Origin: a virus
Lineage: Duplodnaviria; Heunggongvirae; Uroviricota; Caudoviricetes
Length of the DNA stretch: 64,000 nucleotides
Strand: one strand, 5' to 3'
IMG/VR virus record: IMGVR_UViG_3300005683_000050
Span: 85,669 to 149,668 of that record
A model generated the notes under the pieces. The model saw nothing but the letters and a program-made list of their open reading frames with translations. It was not told the origin of the DNA and ran no database searches. Shown in pieces: positions 47,983 through 57,461 of this stretch. The position numbers and the translations under genes were made by a program. Each line of letters opens with the position of its first letter. Position 1 is the stretch's first letter.

Positions 47983-48367
47983 GTCTATAAATCATCCTGT
48001 CTCCATTGCCCATCGCCACAGGACGAAATCCGTATTTTTCGTATACCTCTATTGCTTTTTTGTTCCCCATACGAACCGTGAGGTAAACAGGATTATCTAC
48101 CTCAGACAAGAACATTCCTAAAAGTTCCGAGCCTCGCCCGATTCTACAGCTTGCCATGTAGTTTATGTAATACGAGCCTTTTGGTATCCTGTATCCATTG
48201 ATAGATACCGAGCGTTTATACACACTAAACAACAATACCGCACCATGATGGAATCTGTATTGATTCGCCGTGATATGCGGTATTATGTGTGAGCGTCTTA
48301 CGTGAGACAGCTCAGACTTAGAGTGGATAATGTAATAAAGATAATCTAATACTCTACTGTCTGACAC
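47969..48367 (-). CDS. GNAT-family N-acetyltransferase
   Basis: RIGRGSELLGMF (acetyl-CoA motif A) and AIEVYEKYGFR. Confidence 0.55.
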   Translation of the reverse strand: MSDSRVLDYLYYIIHSKSELSHVRRSHIIPHITANQYRFHHGAVLLFSVYKRSVSINGYRIPKGSYYINYMASCRIGRGSELLGMFLSEVDNPVYLTVRMGNKKAIEVYEKYGFRPVAMGNGDRMIYRLDKS

Positions 48368-48593
48368 ACGAAATGCTCTCCACTTTCATAAATACCGAGA
48401 CAACGTAACACCTATTGCCATTATCTTCAAACCACGAATATGACTCAGCCCCAATAGGATTTTCAACAACCAGGCGATAGATTCGAGTGGTTGGTATTAG
48501 CTTTGCCTCTGCCTCTTTAAGCGGGTAGACGCTAAAATATATTGTGGCGACAAAGGCGAGCATTACAATAAGTGTGACAATTAATTTTTTCAT
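48354..48593 (-). CDS. secreted/membrane-anchored small protein 79 aa
   Basis: N-terminal signal/TM segment. Confidence 0.3.
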   Translation of the reverse strand: MKKLIVTLIVMLAFVATIYFSVYPLKEAEAKLIPTTRIYRLVVENPIGAESYSWFEDNGNRCYVVSVFMKVESISCVRQ

Positions 48594-48596
48594 AAG

Positions 48597-48668
48597 TGTC
48601 AGTGACGGGAATCGAACCCGCGTTAACAGATTGAGGGTCTGTTGTGCTTTCCGTTACACTACACCGAC
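48597..48668 (-). tRNA. tRNA-Glu(CTC)
   Basis: anticodon arm ACAGA-CCCTCAA-TCTGT. Confidence 0.6.
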
Positions 48669-49156
48669 AATATACCAAGTCCGTATGTTGTGTTAACTAC
48701 ATACATACTTAGGTCTAGCTCTTTTACTGCCTGAGATACTTTTCCGTCGTGCGCGTCATGCAAAACCATCATTCCGCCTTGTTTTAAGTGAGACATTGAA
48801 AACTCTATATCTCTTTTTACGGATGGGGTTCTGTGGTCTCCGTCTATAAAAATAAGGTCGAACTTTACACTCGGAGCAATCAGACCGACATCGGACAGAC
48901 GGATAACTCTTGTTGGCAGATTGATATTTTTGTGAACCCAAATATCTGTGTCAACCGTTGTAATGGACTTTGCTTTCATTTCCATGTACCTTGTGGAAAT
49001 GCCAAGACCAGTTCCTATCTCAAGAACATCTTTATCAATAGCTAGTATCGAAAGAACCTCTCCCTCTCTCGGAGCGATAGAGATTCTAGGCAGTCCAGTT
49101 GAATGTTCTCCGCTATCGCCAGGATGCGTAAACGAACCATTTGGCAAACTAATCAT
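48659..49156 (-). CDS. class I SAM-dependent methyltransferase
   Basis: VLEIGTGLGISTRYM glycine-rich SAM motif I; DLIFIDGDH. Confidence 0.55.
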   Translation of the reverse strand: MISLPNGSFTHPGDSGEHSTGLPRISIAPREGEVLSILAIDKDVLEIGTGLGISTRYMEMKAKSITTVDTDIWVHKNINLPTRVIRLSDVGLIAPSVKFDLIFIDGDHRTPSVKRDIEFSMSHLKQGGMMVLHDAHDGKVSQAVKELDLSMYVVNTTYGLGILSV

Positions 49157-49220
49157 ACAGTAACAAATTCTCGAAACACTATGTTTCCTTAAAAGGAATC
49201 ACGGCGTTTCGATTCGTGAG

Positions 49221-49308
49221 TAGGGTAGGGGAGGCTCGAACTCCCATAAATCCAATTATGCACTAACTGTTTAGAAGACAGTGCCAGTACTACCCCCAGT
49301 ACTACCCC
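49221..49308 (-). pseudogene. aberrant tRNA-like element (Arg-TCT-like hairpin, no D arm, 12-nt tandem duplication)
   Basis: acceptor GGGGTAG/CTACCCT and T arm GGGAG-TTCGAGC-CTCCC; hairpin ACTGT-CTTCTAA-ACAGT, also a degenerate copy of the AGACAGT motif; CAGTACTACCCC is duplicated at the 5' end. Confidence 0.3.
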
Positions 49309-49398
49309 ATAAGGATAAATATGAATAAGTGTAAAAACTGCAACAAAGAAACAAATAGCGCATCTAAAATTCCACCATCGGAGAATAACCTGAAACAG

Positions 49399-49481
49399 TG
49401 CGGACGACAGGATTTGAACCTGCAATGTCTTGTGACACAACACTCTGAATGTTGCGCGTCTGCCAATTTCGCCACGTCCGC
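49399..49481 (-). tRNA. tRNA-Leu(CAG), type II
   Basis: anticodon arm CAACA-TTCAGAG-TGTTG; paralog of 49623-49705. Confidence 0.7.
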
Positions 49482-49602
49482 GTTGTTGCAGGACTGACTG
49501 GATTTTAACCATCAAGGTTATCAACCACGATACTCGTTGCAGAGCCGCTATACCTGATAAGGGAATCGTTGCATCTTCTTTTTCGCCACAGTCCTACAGT
49601 TT

Positions 49603-49620
49603 ACTGTCTATTCAGACAGT
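49603..49620. repeat. CTGTCT-N4-AGACAG palindromic hairpin motif
   Basis: ACTGTCT-attc-AGACAGT, 2 nt 3' of tRNA-Leu(GAG). Confidence 0.6.
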
Positions 49621-49622
49621 AG

Positions 49623-49705
49623 TGCGGACGACAGGATTTGAACCTGCAATGTCTTTCGACACAACGTTCTCACCGTTGCACGTCTACCAATTTCGCCACG
49701 TCCGC
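49623..49705 (-). tRNA. tRNA-Leu(GAG), type II
   Basis: anticodon arm CAACG-GTGAGAA-CGTTG. Confidence 0.7.
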
Positions 49706-49857
49706 GTTTATTTTTAATCTTTGGCTTATGTTTCTTTTTCTTTTTCAACCTTTTATTTTCTGTTGATACGTGTTTATTTTTACCGCCGATAGTGGTATGT
49801 GGATACTCGCTATGGTTTGGTTGCCAATTCCACGGAAACTTAAGTTTTTCCATCATA

Positions 49858-49929
49858 TAGCGGAGAGGGTAATCGAAACCCTGACCTCGACGTTATGAGC
49901 GTCGCGAGCTGCCACTGCTCTACTCCGCA
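49858..49929 (-). tRNA. tRNA-Met(CAT) third copy (1:72 mismatch; initiator- or Ile2-like)
   Basis: anticodon arm CGACG-CTCATAA-CGTCG; D arm GAGC/GCTC; U1-U72 mismatch at the acceptor end. Confidence 0.6.
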
Positions 49930-49930
49930 G

Positions 49931-50004
49931 TACCCCTGAAGAGAATCGAACTCCCACAAACGCAGTTCCGAAGACTGCTGCTCTATCCATTGAGCTACAA
50001 GGGC
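49931..50004 (-). tRNA. tRNA-Arg(TCG)
   Basis: anticodon arm GCAGT-CTTCGGA-ACTGC. Confidence 0.6.
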
Positions 50005-50083
50005 ATACTTACATTACTTGAACAACTTGAATCGCTTAACCCGAAATCCCCAAACTTTCTTGCGACGAATTTTAGGTCTTCGC

Positions 50084-50356
50084 TTACGCAGTGTGACTGC
50101 CATCTTTTTCATCTCCATTCATATACGTTATGACACTACTGGATATATGTATTGCATTGAATACTTGATTACAAAGCAAAGACAATCCAAAACAAGCCAA
50201 AACTGCATATAAATTACTTAGTTCGGGGAACAGACTACCGTACTTGTAAAGAACCGAGAATAGAATAAAAACTGCGGCAATCCCGAACTTTGACTTAAGT
50301 GCGACAAGTACCGATGCCGCAATATAGAAAAACAAAAATCGTAAAACATTTTTCAT
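50084..50356 (-). CDS. membrane protein 90 aa
   Basis: three hydrophobic helices. Confidence 0.3.
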   Translation of the reverse strand: MKNVLRFLFFYIAASVLVALKSKFGIAAVFILFSVLYKYGSLFPELSNLYAVLACFGLSLLCNQVFNAIHISSSVITYMNGDEKDGSHTA

Positions 50357-50373
50357 GTCTTGTTATCCTTGAG

Positions 50374-50447
50374 TGGTCGCCGCAGGAATCGAACCTGCCT
50401 AAAACTGCTTATCAGACAGCCGCCTTCGACCAGACAGCCAGACGACC
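50374..50447 (-). tRNA. tRNA-Ile(GAT)
   Basis: anticodon loop CTGATAA; T arm GCAGG-TTCGATT-CCTGC. Confidence 0.65.
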
Positions 50448-50451
50448 AGAA

Positions 50452-50775
50452 TTACTTCACCAACCTTACTACATCAATCAAAAGGTCAATCACAACAAAA
50501 ACAACAAAAACGGTTCGGTAGATTTCCAAAAAGTCAGAGTTCCACCCCAAAAGCATCTCGAAAGTCCATATAATAAGAGAAACCACTCCGCCGACTATCA
50601 AGACTGAAATAGCAAGCTTAACCAGATACAGGAACACATAAAACAACACAACCAACAAAGAACCAATCAACCTGAAAAGTGCAGAAAACATATCGCCAAT
50701 CAAACCGATTAACGAGTCCGTTGATTCGGACAAAAAACTAATCAGAGAGTCAATTCCAGATTTAATCTGCACCAC
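50452..50775 (-). CDS. membrane protein 107 aa
   Basis: TM-rich. Confidence 0.3.
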   Translation of the reverse strand: MVQIKSGIDSLISFLSESTDSLIGLIGDMFSALFRLIGSLLVVLFYVFLYLVKLAISVLIVGGVVSLIIWTFEMLLGWNSDFLEIYRTVFVVFVVIDLLIDVVRLVK

Positions 50776-50809
50776 AATAATCCCCCGAATGAATGCTCGC
50801 TACGAAATC

Positions 50810-50838
50810 AATATACCACACTTATTTCTTTTTGTCAA
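50810..50838 (-). promoter_or_regulatory. sigma70-type promoter TTGACA-17-TATATT
   Basis: TGTGG before the -10. Confidence 0.5.
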
Positions 50839-51058
50839 GTATTTCCAGATAAGTCCAGAACAGAACTTCCTCTGTTTCATATCCCATATCTGTATACGAA
50901 AACCATACTTCGTCAAATTCCGAATAAAACCCAACGAAATATGAGCTGTCTTTTGTGCAAATCAACAAGGCATTGCTATACTTGTTTCCAGCATTCTCAT
51001 AGCACAACGGCATATCCAATGGTGGATAAAACAATTCAAGCGTTATAGTTTTTTTCAT
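50822..51058 (-). CDS. hypothetical protein 78 aa
   Basis: minus ORF. Confidence 0.3.
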   Translation of the reverse strand: MKKTITLELFYPPLDMPLCYENAGNKYSNALLICTKDSSYFVGFYSEFDEVWFSYTDMGYETEEVLFWTYLEILDKKK

Positions 51059-51061
51059 AAG

Positions 51062-51163
51062 TGGACGCAGTGGGATTCAAACCCACTCACCGTTGCAACG
51101 GTATAATCAAAATTCGCTCGGTTTCAACCGAAACGCCGAGTCAAACGGCACACGTTCGCGCCC
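51062..51163 (-). tRNA. atypical 102-nt tRNA-like gene (unusual TTTGAAT T-loop; body does not fold canonically)
   Basis: acceptor GGGCGCG/TGCGTCC, T arm GTGGG-TTTGAAT-CCCAC, variable-arm-like hairpin ACCGTTG-CAACGGT; no 5-bp/7-nt anticodon arm found. Confidence 0.3.
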
Positions 51164-51168
51164 AAAAG

Positions 51169-51253
51169 AGGGGAGTATGGGATTTGAACCCATGTGCCTT
51201 TTACAGCCACTCGTTTTCGAGACGAAGCCAATTAACCTCTCTGGCAACTCCCC
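51169..51253 (-). tRNA. tRNA-Ser(CGA), type II
   Basis: anticodon loop CTCGAAA; long variable arm; acceptor GGGGAGT/ACTCCCC. Confidence 0.65.
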
Positions 51254-51639
51254 TAATGACCATCCCACGCTTTCAGCGAGTCCGAAACCGACTTTGCGAT
51301 TACGTCTCTCTCCTGAAATAAAATTGCGGAATAACTTCCGATAAAACAAATAGCTACGATTAAAAACGAGTCCTGAAATTCAATTGAACCCAAGATAAAT
51401 GTCGCGGTCATGCAGACAATGACAGACGCCATCATAGTCCCAGCGATGATTGACACACAATCCACAACAAGAATCATCAGAACAGACATCACAAACAGAA
51501 AAACTGCAACAAGTATCTTCATTTTCTTATCCTGTGAGAAAATCTTTCCATTAGTGTCATAACGGCAAATGCCATAACGATACACAGGAATACAACAATC
51601 ATTGCAATAACAAATTGGGTCAATAACCCAGACGCCCAA
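51253..51639 (-). CDS. membrane protein 128 aa
   Basis: TM-rich. Confidence 0.3.
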   Translation of the reverse strand: MGVWVIDPICYCNDCCIPVYRYGICRYDTNGKIFSQDKKMKILVAVFLFVMSVLMILVVDCVSIIAGTMMASVIVCMTATFILGSIEFQDSFLIVAICFIGSYSAILFQERDVIAKSVSDSLKAWDGH

Positions 51640-51944
51640 AACAACGCCCCAACAAGAATACTTTTGCGTTATTCATTTTGTCTAATCCATTTTCGCGACA
51701 GTGCTTATTGGATGAGCAACAAAGATAACATTTCCACCAATAAGGTCTCCGTTAATTCTAACATATCCGCCAGATATGTTTATCCCTGAACCGACTTCCT
51801 CTTTCACATAAAACGGGTTTGTTAGTTCAGTGCCACAACTTACGCAAGTTATGGTTGGATTGTCCTTAGTAAACCCACTAAGAGTAAGAGTTCCAGAGCA
51901 TTGCGTACACCGTAACGCGGTTGGTTTGTTTCATCCATGACTTG

Positions 51945-51973
51945 AGTATACCATAGAACACAATCTTTGTCAA
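51945..51973 (-). promoter_or_regulatory. sigma70-type promoter TTGACA-17-TATACT
   Basis: downstream of the MTase gene, pointing toward a small unannotated Cys-containing ORF and the membrane-protein genes. Confidence 0.5.
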
Positions 51974-51978
51974 GAGAC

Positions 51979-52998
51979 CTATATTTCTATTATTTTGTCC
52001 AAGTCCATACCAATTCTGTCAGCTGCCAAGCAAGCAAATTCTGGGTTAATTTCAAACCCAACATAGTTACGCTTTTTTCTTTTCGCAGAAAGCAAAGTTG
52101 TTCCAGACCCAGCAAACGGGTCTAATACAATGTCGTCCTCGTCAGTCAAAAGTTCGATGAAAAAGTCTGGAATCCCAAGAGGGTAAATGGAGTGATGCGG
52201 TATATTTCTATTATCACCAGTTGCCACAGACAATACGTCTCGCAACATAGTCCCCCCTTTGAATTCAACAATAACAAATCCGTTCTTTTGAATCTCTTTG
52301 ACTCTTCCTCCATCGAACCCCCCAAACGGCAATGTGTGTTCTCCAAGAATCTTCATACGGAAATCTGTTATCTCGCCGCGATGAAGTTTATCCATTACAT
52401 CCTCTAGTGCCTTCAGTGCATTATCCTTTTGGATTAAAGTCAAAGAACTGCGTTCTATGATTTTATAATAACGCAGTCCTTTGCCCTTTCCGAATTTCGG
52501 AGGCTCTTTGCTAGGAGACGTAAAACGCTCATAATGATACTTGTAGTCTTTAGTCAATGCAAAGTGGTAGATAGGCTCAAATGAAGAAACCATCCTACGC
52601 TTATTTGGCTGAGGCGAGTTGTTTTTCTTTGCCCATACCACTTCGTTTACCATCCTAATTCCCAAGTTATCTACGACGCCAATTGCAAACCGATGAGGCA
52701 CAAGCAACATTCCTTCCCTGTGTTTATCCCCAAGATTAACAACAATACTGCCAGTAGGTTTAACTTTAGGAATGACGACCCTCATAAATTCCCACAAGGA
52801 ATTCAGATAAGCGTCCATTTCTTTTATCATCCCAACCCCAATCGTTCCCCTTTTTAGAAAATAGGGAGGGGATGTCATTACAAGGTCAACAGAACTGTCT
52901 GGCACGTTAGACATGCCAGACAGACTATCACCTAAATATATTCTGTTATAAAGGAACTGGGACATATTCAATCTCACAAACACCACTGACGCACGCAA
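51979..52998 (-). CDS. DNA methyltransferase (amino-MTase, N4-C/N6-A)
   Basis: DLVMTSPPYF motif IV and VLDPFAGSGTT motif I. Confidence 0.7.
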   Translation of the reverse strand: MRASVVFVRLNMSQFLYNRIYLGDSLSGMSNVPDSSVDLVMTSPPYFLKRGTIGVGMIKEMDAYLNSLWEFMRVVIPKVKPTGSIVVNLGDKHREGMLLVPHRFAIGVVDNLGIRMVNEVVWAKKNNSPQPNKRRMVSSFEPIYHFALTKDYKYHYERFTSPSKEPPKFGKGKGLRYYKIIERSSLTLIQKDNALKALEDVMDKLHRGEITDFRMKILGEHTLPFGGFDGGRVKEIQKNGFVIVEFKGGTMLRDVLSVATGDNRNIPHHSIYPLGIPDFFIELLTDEDDIVLDPFAGSGTTLLSAKRKKRNYVGFEINPEFACLAADRIGMDLDKIIEI

Positions 52999-54952
52999 CC
53001 TCTTGTGCGGCAGTGGTCAAATCCTCAGACTCGTAATTATATAAAAGACTAAAACTGATTGGCGGAAATAATTCTCTCAGTTCGTAGTATTCTTCTTCTG
53101 ATATTTCTTGATACGGCATTTGCTCATACTTCGCGTCAGAGAACGGCAAGAACGATATTCCGTTGACATACGCTAGGTGTTCCCACACCCATTTCATCAA
53201 GTCAATCACTTCACTATCTCGGTATGAGATAGTTACACTCGGATTATGCTCTGTCCAATTTTGCTTTACGCTCATCCAGTAATCGCATTGCTCAATCGCG
53301 GAAAAGTTTTTTCTCAGAAATGCCCCATCTGGTGACGCGACTGGAAAATGGACAACCCACGTAACTGCATTCTCGACAGTTTGACCATTTTCTGGACTCA
53401 TCGGCACACCACAGTCCCGCAATACCTTAAATATAGAGGAGTGCGCTCCAACCCTTATATTTCTAATGTAATAGCGAGACCATCTTGGGTGAATCCCAGA
53501 AGAACAATTAAGTAATTGCGCCGAGTTTCCAGACGGCTTCACGCAGGTCACAGCAACGGATTGGTTAATACCCAATAGCTCGGCATATTTCTTGTTTGTT
53601 TCCAGGGCAACCTTCTTCAAATACGCCTGAACCTCTGGGTCTCTGGAAACCTCGGAATCCATCTGTCCAGTAATGTCCACTCCCAGTAATCGTTCTTCTA
53701 TTGCATTGTCAACCCACTCTTTACGCAGACCTGGAAAATACGTTGCCATAGATTGAATCGTTCCGATAATAGTCGCTACGCGAACTTTATCTGCAAGCGA
53801 AACAATAGTGTCGTCTGCGCGCGCAACCGCAATAGACAAGTTGCAAAGACCATGTGGGCGAAGGTTTATTTCCCCGCACGGGTTCGTGCCAAAATCAGCG
53901 ACCTTACGTCTCGATGGTTTCATTCTAATAGCGACATCCCGACTAAATATACCTGGTTCTCCGCGTCCAGACCTAACAACATCAGAGAAGAATTCAACAA
54001 ATTCAGTTTGCGAAATGTCTTTTGGTATTACGGCGGAATTGTTCGCGTTCCACCGTTGATTATTTTCTACCTCAAAGTCTCCGCTTTTGCAGTTTCGCAT
54101 CTCTATGTCATTATAGTCAAATAAGGAAATCATTGCAGTTCGACGCGTACCTCCCATAACCGCCGCATTACCGACCATGCACATAATATCGTGTGCGTCA
54201 AGTGGGCGCAGAAATCCACCTTGCCGAGATATGATACGCTTTCTTGCAAATTCCAACATATTCCGCAGTGGTTCTGGGCCTGAAGCTTGACCACCTTTAA
54301 CTCGCAGTGGACTTCCAGCAGGACGAATCATGTCATAGTAGAAAACAACATCGTCTCCATTAAACCAGGCATTTATTCCAAACCGAACCGCATCTGCCCA
54401 TCCCTCTGTGGTGTCCTCTATAACATATGTTGACCATTCCCCAGTACGCAGTTTAACTTTTGGCAAATTAGAGACATACTTGCTCTCTACAGAAAAACCA
54501 ACTCCACATCCAGACATGGAAATAATGAGTGCCTCTGGAAATGCGTCAATCGAATCTATCGGCAAGTAACTACAATTGTACAGCGATAGGTTCTGTCTAC
54601 GCGCCGCGTCGCCCGCCATCGCCAAAAGGCGCATCGAAGGCATAGCCTTCATATTAAGGATATAGTCTCGTATTGTATTGTAATCTGATTCTGGAAGCAA
54701 GTTGTTTGATAATTCTCTTAGAAAAGAAACCGAGCGCTCAACTGTTTCAACCCATGTTTCGCGTCTTCCCAGTTCATAATTGAATCGAGAGTATTTATCG
54801 TAGAACTGAAATTTTTGTATATCTGTCGGAAAGTAGGTGTCCGACATATCGAATGCGTCTGCAACGGACTGTGGGATATTCATATATGCCTCAGATGGAA
54901 AAAAATTTCCCGACAGACAACTTGCGTCTGCCGAGATAAATAGATTATACAC
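52946..54952 (-). CDS. nrdJ: ribonucleotide reductase, class II (adenosylcobalamin-dependent, NrdJ-like)
   Basis: 668 aa with NPCGEI active-site motif; no separate beta-subunit gene nearby. Confidence 0.8.
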   Translation of the reverse strand: MYNLFISADASCLSGNFFPSEAYMNIPQSVADAFDMSDTYFPTDIQKFQFYDKYSRFNYELGRRETWVETVERSVSFLRELSNNLLPESDYNTIRDYILNMKAMPSMRLLAMAGDAARRQNLSLYNCSYLPIDSIDAFPEALIISMSGCGVGFSVESKYVSNLPKVKLRTGEWSTYVIEDTTEGWADAVRFGINAWFNGDDVVFYYDMIRPAGSPLRVKGGQASGPEPLRNMLEFARKRIISRQGGFLRPLDAHDIMCMVGNAAVMGGTRRTAMISLFDYNDIEMRNCKSGDFEVENNQRWNANNSAVIPKDISQTEFVEFFSDVVRSGRGEPGIFSRDVAIRMKPSRRKVADFGTNPCGEINLRPHGLCNLSIAVARADDTIVSLADKVRVATIIGTIQSMATYFPGLRKEWVDNAIEERLLGVDITGQMDSEVSRDPEVQAYLKKVALETNKKYAELLGINQSVAVTCVKPSGNSAQLLNCSSGIHPRWSRYYIRNIRVGAHSSIFKVLRDCGVPMSPENGQTVENAVTWVVHFPVASPDGAFLRKNFSAIEQCDYWMSVKQNWTEHNPSVTISYRDSEVIDLMKWVWEHLAYVNGISFLPFSDAKYEQMPYQEISEEEYYELRELFPPISFSLLYNYESEDLTTAAQEVACVSGVCEIEYVPVPL

Positions 54953-55598
54953 CTGATTTCAATTCTATAAATCTATTCAATCCCCATCCCTCTAATGCCG
55001 CATTGAATACGTTCGTATCCTTTACCTGATGCAACATGTCCAAGCACAATTCCCTGACCTCTAGTTGGGCGTGTTCATCAGCTCGTAAATTCGCAAAGTG
55101 AGCAAATGAGTGGAAATTCATAGACACTTCGTAATGTATCATTGTGGAATACGGCAAGAAGTATCGCGCTGTTTCTTTTGCTCTCTTTCTAGGCATTCCC
55201 TTTGCTGTCAGAGTAGAAATCATATTGTGATACATATTGAAACACAACGTCTGAAAATCCAAAAGTTTCGCAATAGATTCATCGTCCCAATCTGAAGGCG
55301 TGTATCCGTATACATCCTGCTCTTTCCATCGAAATGACTGACTGCTCACACTAACACCTATCCTGTGTTTTAGAAAATGAATGTGTGTGGCAATATCTGT
55401 GTGCAGCATAAAGCGCAGATATGTATGTTCAAATGGAACAGTATGCTTTTCTTTTGCCAAAGAAACTACAAAGGAATGGACGCGAGCCTCTCGCTCTGGA
55501 GTCATTTCTGACACAGTAGATGTCCACGCAGCAAGCGCAATATCTCTATCACTACCAAAGTGCGACACAAGTTTGACTGTATTTATCATATCAAACAA
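54945..55598 (-). CDS. thyX: flavin-dependent thymidylate synthase ThyX
   Basis: HFLKHRIGVSVSSQSFRW matches the ThyX RHRx7SxR motif. Confidence 0.65.
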   Translation of the reverse strand: MFDMINTVKLVSHFGSDRDIALAAWTSTVSEMTPEREARVHSFVVSLAKEKHTVPFEHTYLRFMLHTDIATHIHFLKHRIGVSVSSQSFRWKEQDVYGYTPSDWDDESIAKLLDFQTLCFNMYHNMISTLTAKGMPRKRAKETARYFLPYSTMIHYEVSMNFHSFAHFANLRADEHAQLEVRELCLDMLHQVKDTNVFNAALEGWGLNRFIELKSGV

Positions 55599-55974
55599 TC
55601 TTCCCGTGTTTATATGGACGAGTCTTGTTATATCTGGCTTTTTCTACAATAGCATTCGCTACGCCGATTTTCATTTCATAATCCAAGTCCATGATACGAA
55701 TAACCGTATCTGCCAATTCTACCGCCAACGAAGGCAATCCAATCTTTTCATCCATAGGATTACCAGAGCGAAACGCCTGTACTGCCTCTGCGGTCTCCAC
55801 TGCAATTAGTCCAAGTTTTGAGACCATGTGGAACGGATAATTTGGGTCTCCCTCTGGAACATCCGTATCGTGCCAACCCTTTTCTACGGCGGTTTCATAA
55901 ACACCCGACGCGAATCTGTTCCACGCCAAATAGAATCCTTTCGACTCTGTTTGGTCTTTCAATCCCATATCCAT
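55591..55974 (-). CDS. MazG-like nucleoside triphosphate pyrophosphohydrolase
   Basis: AVETAEAVQAF ... LAVELADTVIRIMDL (paired ExxE/ExxD metal-binding helices). Confidence 0.55.
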   Translation of the reverse strand: MDMGLKDQTESKGFYLAWNRFASGVYETAVEKGWHDTDVPEGDPNYPFHMVSKLGLIAVETAEAVQAFRSGNPMDEKIGLPSLAVELADTVIRIMDLDYEMKIGVANAIVEKARYNKTRPYKHGKIV

Positions 55975-56432
55975 AAATCCTCCATAAACATTGCTACCTC
56001 AGATTCTCTGAGCGCGCGACTTCCAGCTACATTGACCACTCTAGGTCTTTCCAACTTATGCAAAAAAGAAACAATCTCAAACAATGCCCATTCATCATTC
56101 ATCGGACAAACACAGAATGTTTTACCGAAACGCAAGCAGTCGTTCATTGTCGCAATTGAGCCTCTTGTATCAAGAACAATCTTATCTGAAACAATAAGCG
56201 TCAGGTCGGAATTAATAACATTCCACATTCTACGCTCCACCAATCCTGCAACACCAGACCTTTCCGTAACAACATTGACTTTTACTTTGTCGAACGTAGC
56301 ACTCTTAAAAATTGGACTAAAATCACGACACGTATTTATAGCTGTCGAAATTCCCATATTGAGAGCAAATAGGTTTCCACCTAAATCTGCCCCCGACTGC
56401 CCTCCACTAATAACCAAAATGTCACTGTTCAC
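55959..56432 (-). CDS. Rossmann-fold nucleotide-binding protein of the LOG/DprA/MoCo-carrier (SLOG) superfamily
   Basis: N-terminal VISGGQSGADLGG glycine-rich motif. Confidence 0.35.
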   Translation of the reverse strand: MNSDILVISGGQSGADLGGNLFALNMGISTAINTCRDFSPIFKSATFDKVKVNVVTERSGVAGLVERRMWNVINSDLTLIVSDKIVLDTRGSIATMNDCLRFGKTFCVCPMNDEWALFEIVSFLHKLERPRVVNVAGSRALRESEVAMFMEDLWIWD

Positions 56433-56790
56433 TGAATAACTCCATGATTCTAACCAACTCTAATGGACGGTAATCGGTTTGCTCAACACCCTTTGTCGTA
56501 TTGCATTTCTGGCACAACGGCTGAATGTTGCATGGCGAGTCATCGCCGCCGCGTGTCGTTGCAATAATGTGGTCTGGGGTAATTCCGTTATCCTTGCTCA
56601 GGCAACGGCAACACGCTCCGTCCATATACGAAATCATCACCTTCCACCATAGTTGTTTTTTGATTCGTCGGTTTCGACCAATTATCTTATTTTGACACGA
56701 CTTGCATTTTCCAGTCGGCTTACCGCGCCATTTGTTAAATTTTTCGCGCGGCTTTTCCTGCTTACACTCCTGGCAACGTTTCAACCCCAT
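56422..56790 (-). CDS. HNH endonuclease
   Basis: CRCLSKDNG...DHIIATTRGGDDSPCNIQPLCQKCN. Confidence 0.6.
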   Translation of the reverse strand: MGLKRCQECKQEKPREKFNKWRGKPTGKCKSCQNKIIGRNRRIKKQLWWKVMISYMDGACCRCLSKDNGITPDHIIATTRGGDDSPCNIQPLCQKCNTTKGVEQTDYRPLELVRIMELFSEQ

Positions 56791-57223
56791 CCTGATTCAC
56801 ATCCTCTGGATTGACATACCAACGACCCACTACGTAGTCTGCATAGTCAACCGTCCGCAACTGATAATATATCTTCGACTGCGGATAACCGCGCGCACAC
56901 ATCCAGCGATACTTCATATTTGGTCTAAGGTCGCGCGCGAACTTTGGAAAAAGCGAGTCCTCTATCACCGAGCAAAGCTCAAGATATGCTCCATAGTCAC
57001 CAACGACTACGCGACTGCCTATTTCCGCTATCTTTGTTTTTCCTATATAAAATGGGGATTGTAAATCGAGTTTTGGAACGTGGTCTGCGTAGTATCTCCT
57101 TATGACCCAGCTCTCATGGGGAGGTAACGGCTTGTAGAAAAACTTATTGCCCTTTAATGTCCTGTCTCGAATTTTTGACAATAAATACTCGACATCTGGG
57201 TTAAAAAGAGAAGATTGGGACAT
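56762..57223 (-). CDS. hypothetical protein (ATG start at 57223; the track's upstream GTG lies inside a terminator)
   Basis: minus ORF. Confidence 0.3.
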   Translation of the reverse strand: MSQSSLFNPDVEYLLSKIRDRTLKGNKFFYKPLPPHESWVIRRYYADHVPKLDLQSPFYIGKTKIAEIGSRVVVGDYGAYLELCSVIEDSLFPKFARDLRPNMKYRWMCARGYPQSKIYYQLRTVDYADYVVGRWYVNPEDVNQDGVETLPGV

Positions 57224-57249
57224 AAAAAATCTCGCCACTAAAGGCGAGA
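57223..57249 (-). terminator. rho-independent terminator
   Basis: ATCTCGCC-actaa-GGCGAGAT followed by T6 on the minus strand, 5 nt after the tRNA-His 3' end. Confidence 0.6.
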
Positions 57250-57254
57250 TAAGG

Positions 57255-57327
57255 GGTGAAAGACGGGTATCGAACCCGCTATCTCATAGTTCACAGCTAT
57301 GCGGCTCGCCTTCTGCCTCCTATCACC
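57255..57327 (-). tRNA. tRNA-His(GTG) with genome-encoded G-1
   Basis: 5' GGTGATAG (G-1 opposite discriminator C73); anticodon arm CATAG-CTGTGAA-CTATG. Confidence 0.75.
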
Positions 57328-57461
57328 ATGTTGAATTATCATGCTCGCTCGGTATTTTATGTCTGTAAGGGTACGTATCATCGCCCAAAGATACTGCTTG
57401 TCAGAGATACGCATTCTGGAACGAGCTGCGGCTGTAATAGTATTCACCATGATAATTCAGT

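Noticed and set aside
49398-49705. Possible CRISPR-like direct repeat (gcggacgacaggatttgaacctgcaatgtct appears twice)
   Set aside because: The repeats are the 3' halves of two paralogous tRNA-Leu genes (CAG and GAG), not CRISPR repeats. No array structure or cas genes are present.
51062-51163. Intron-containing tRNA, or tRNA-Sec, for the 102-nt tRNA-like gene
   Set aside because: It is too short for a group I intron. It has no 8/5 or 9/4 Sec-type acceptor/T architecture, and no UCA anticodon loop could be placed.
57228-57238. GTG start of ORF 56762-57238 as annotated in the track
   Set aside because: This start codon lies inside the stem of a strong rho-independent terminator. The in-frame ATG at 57223 just downstream of the hairpin is the more plausible start.
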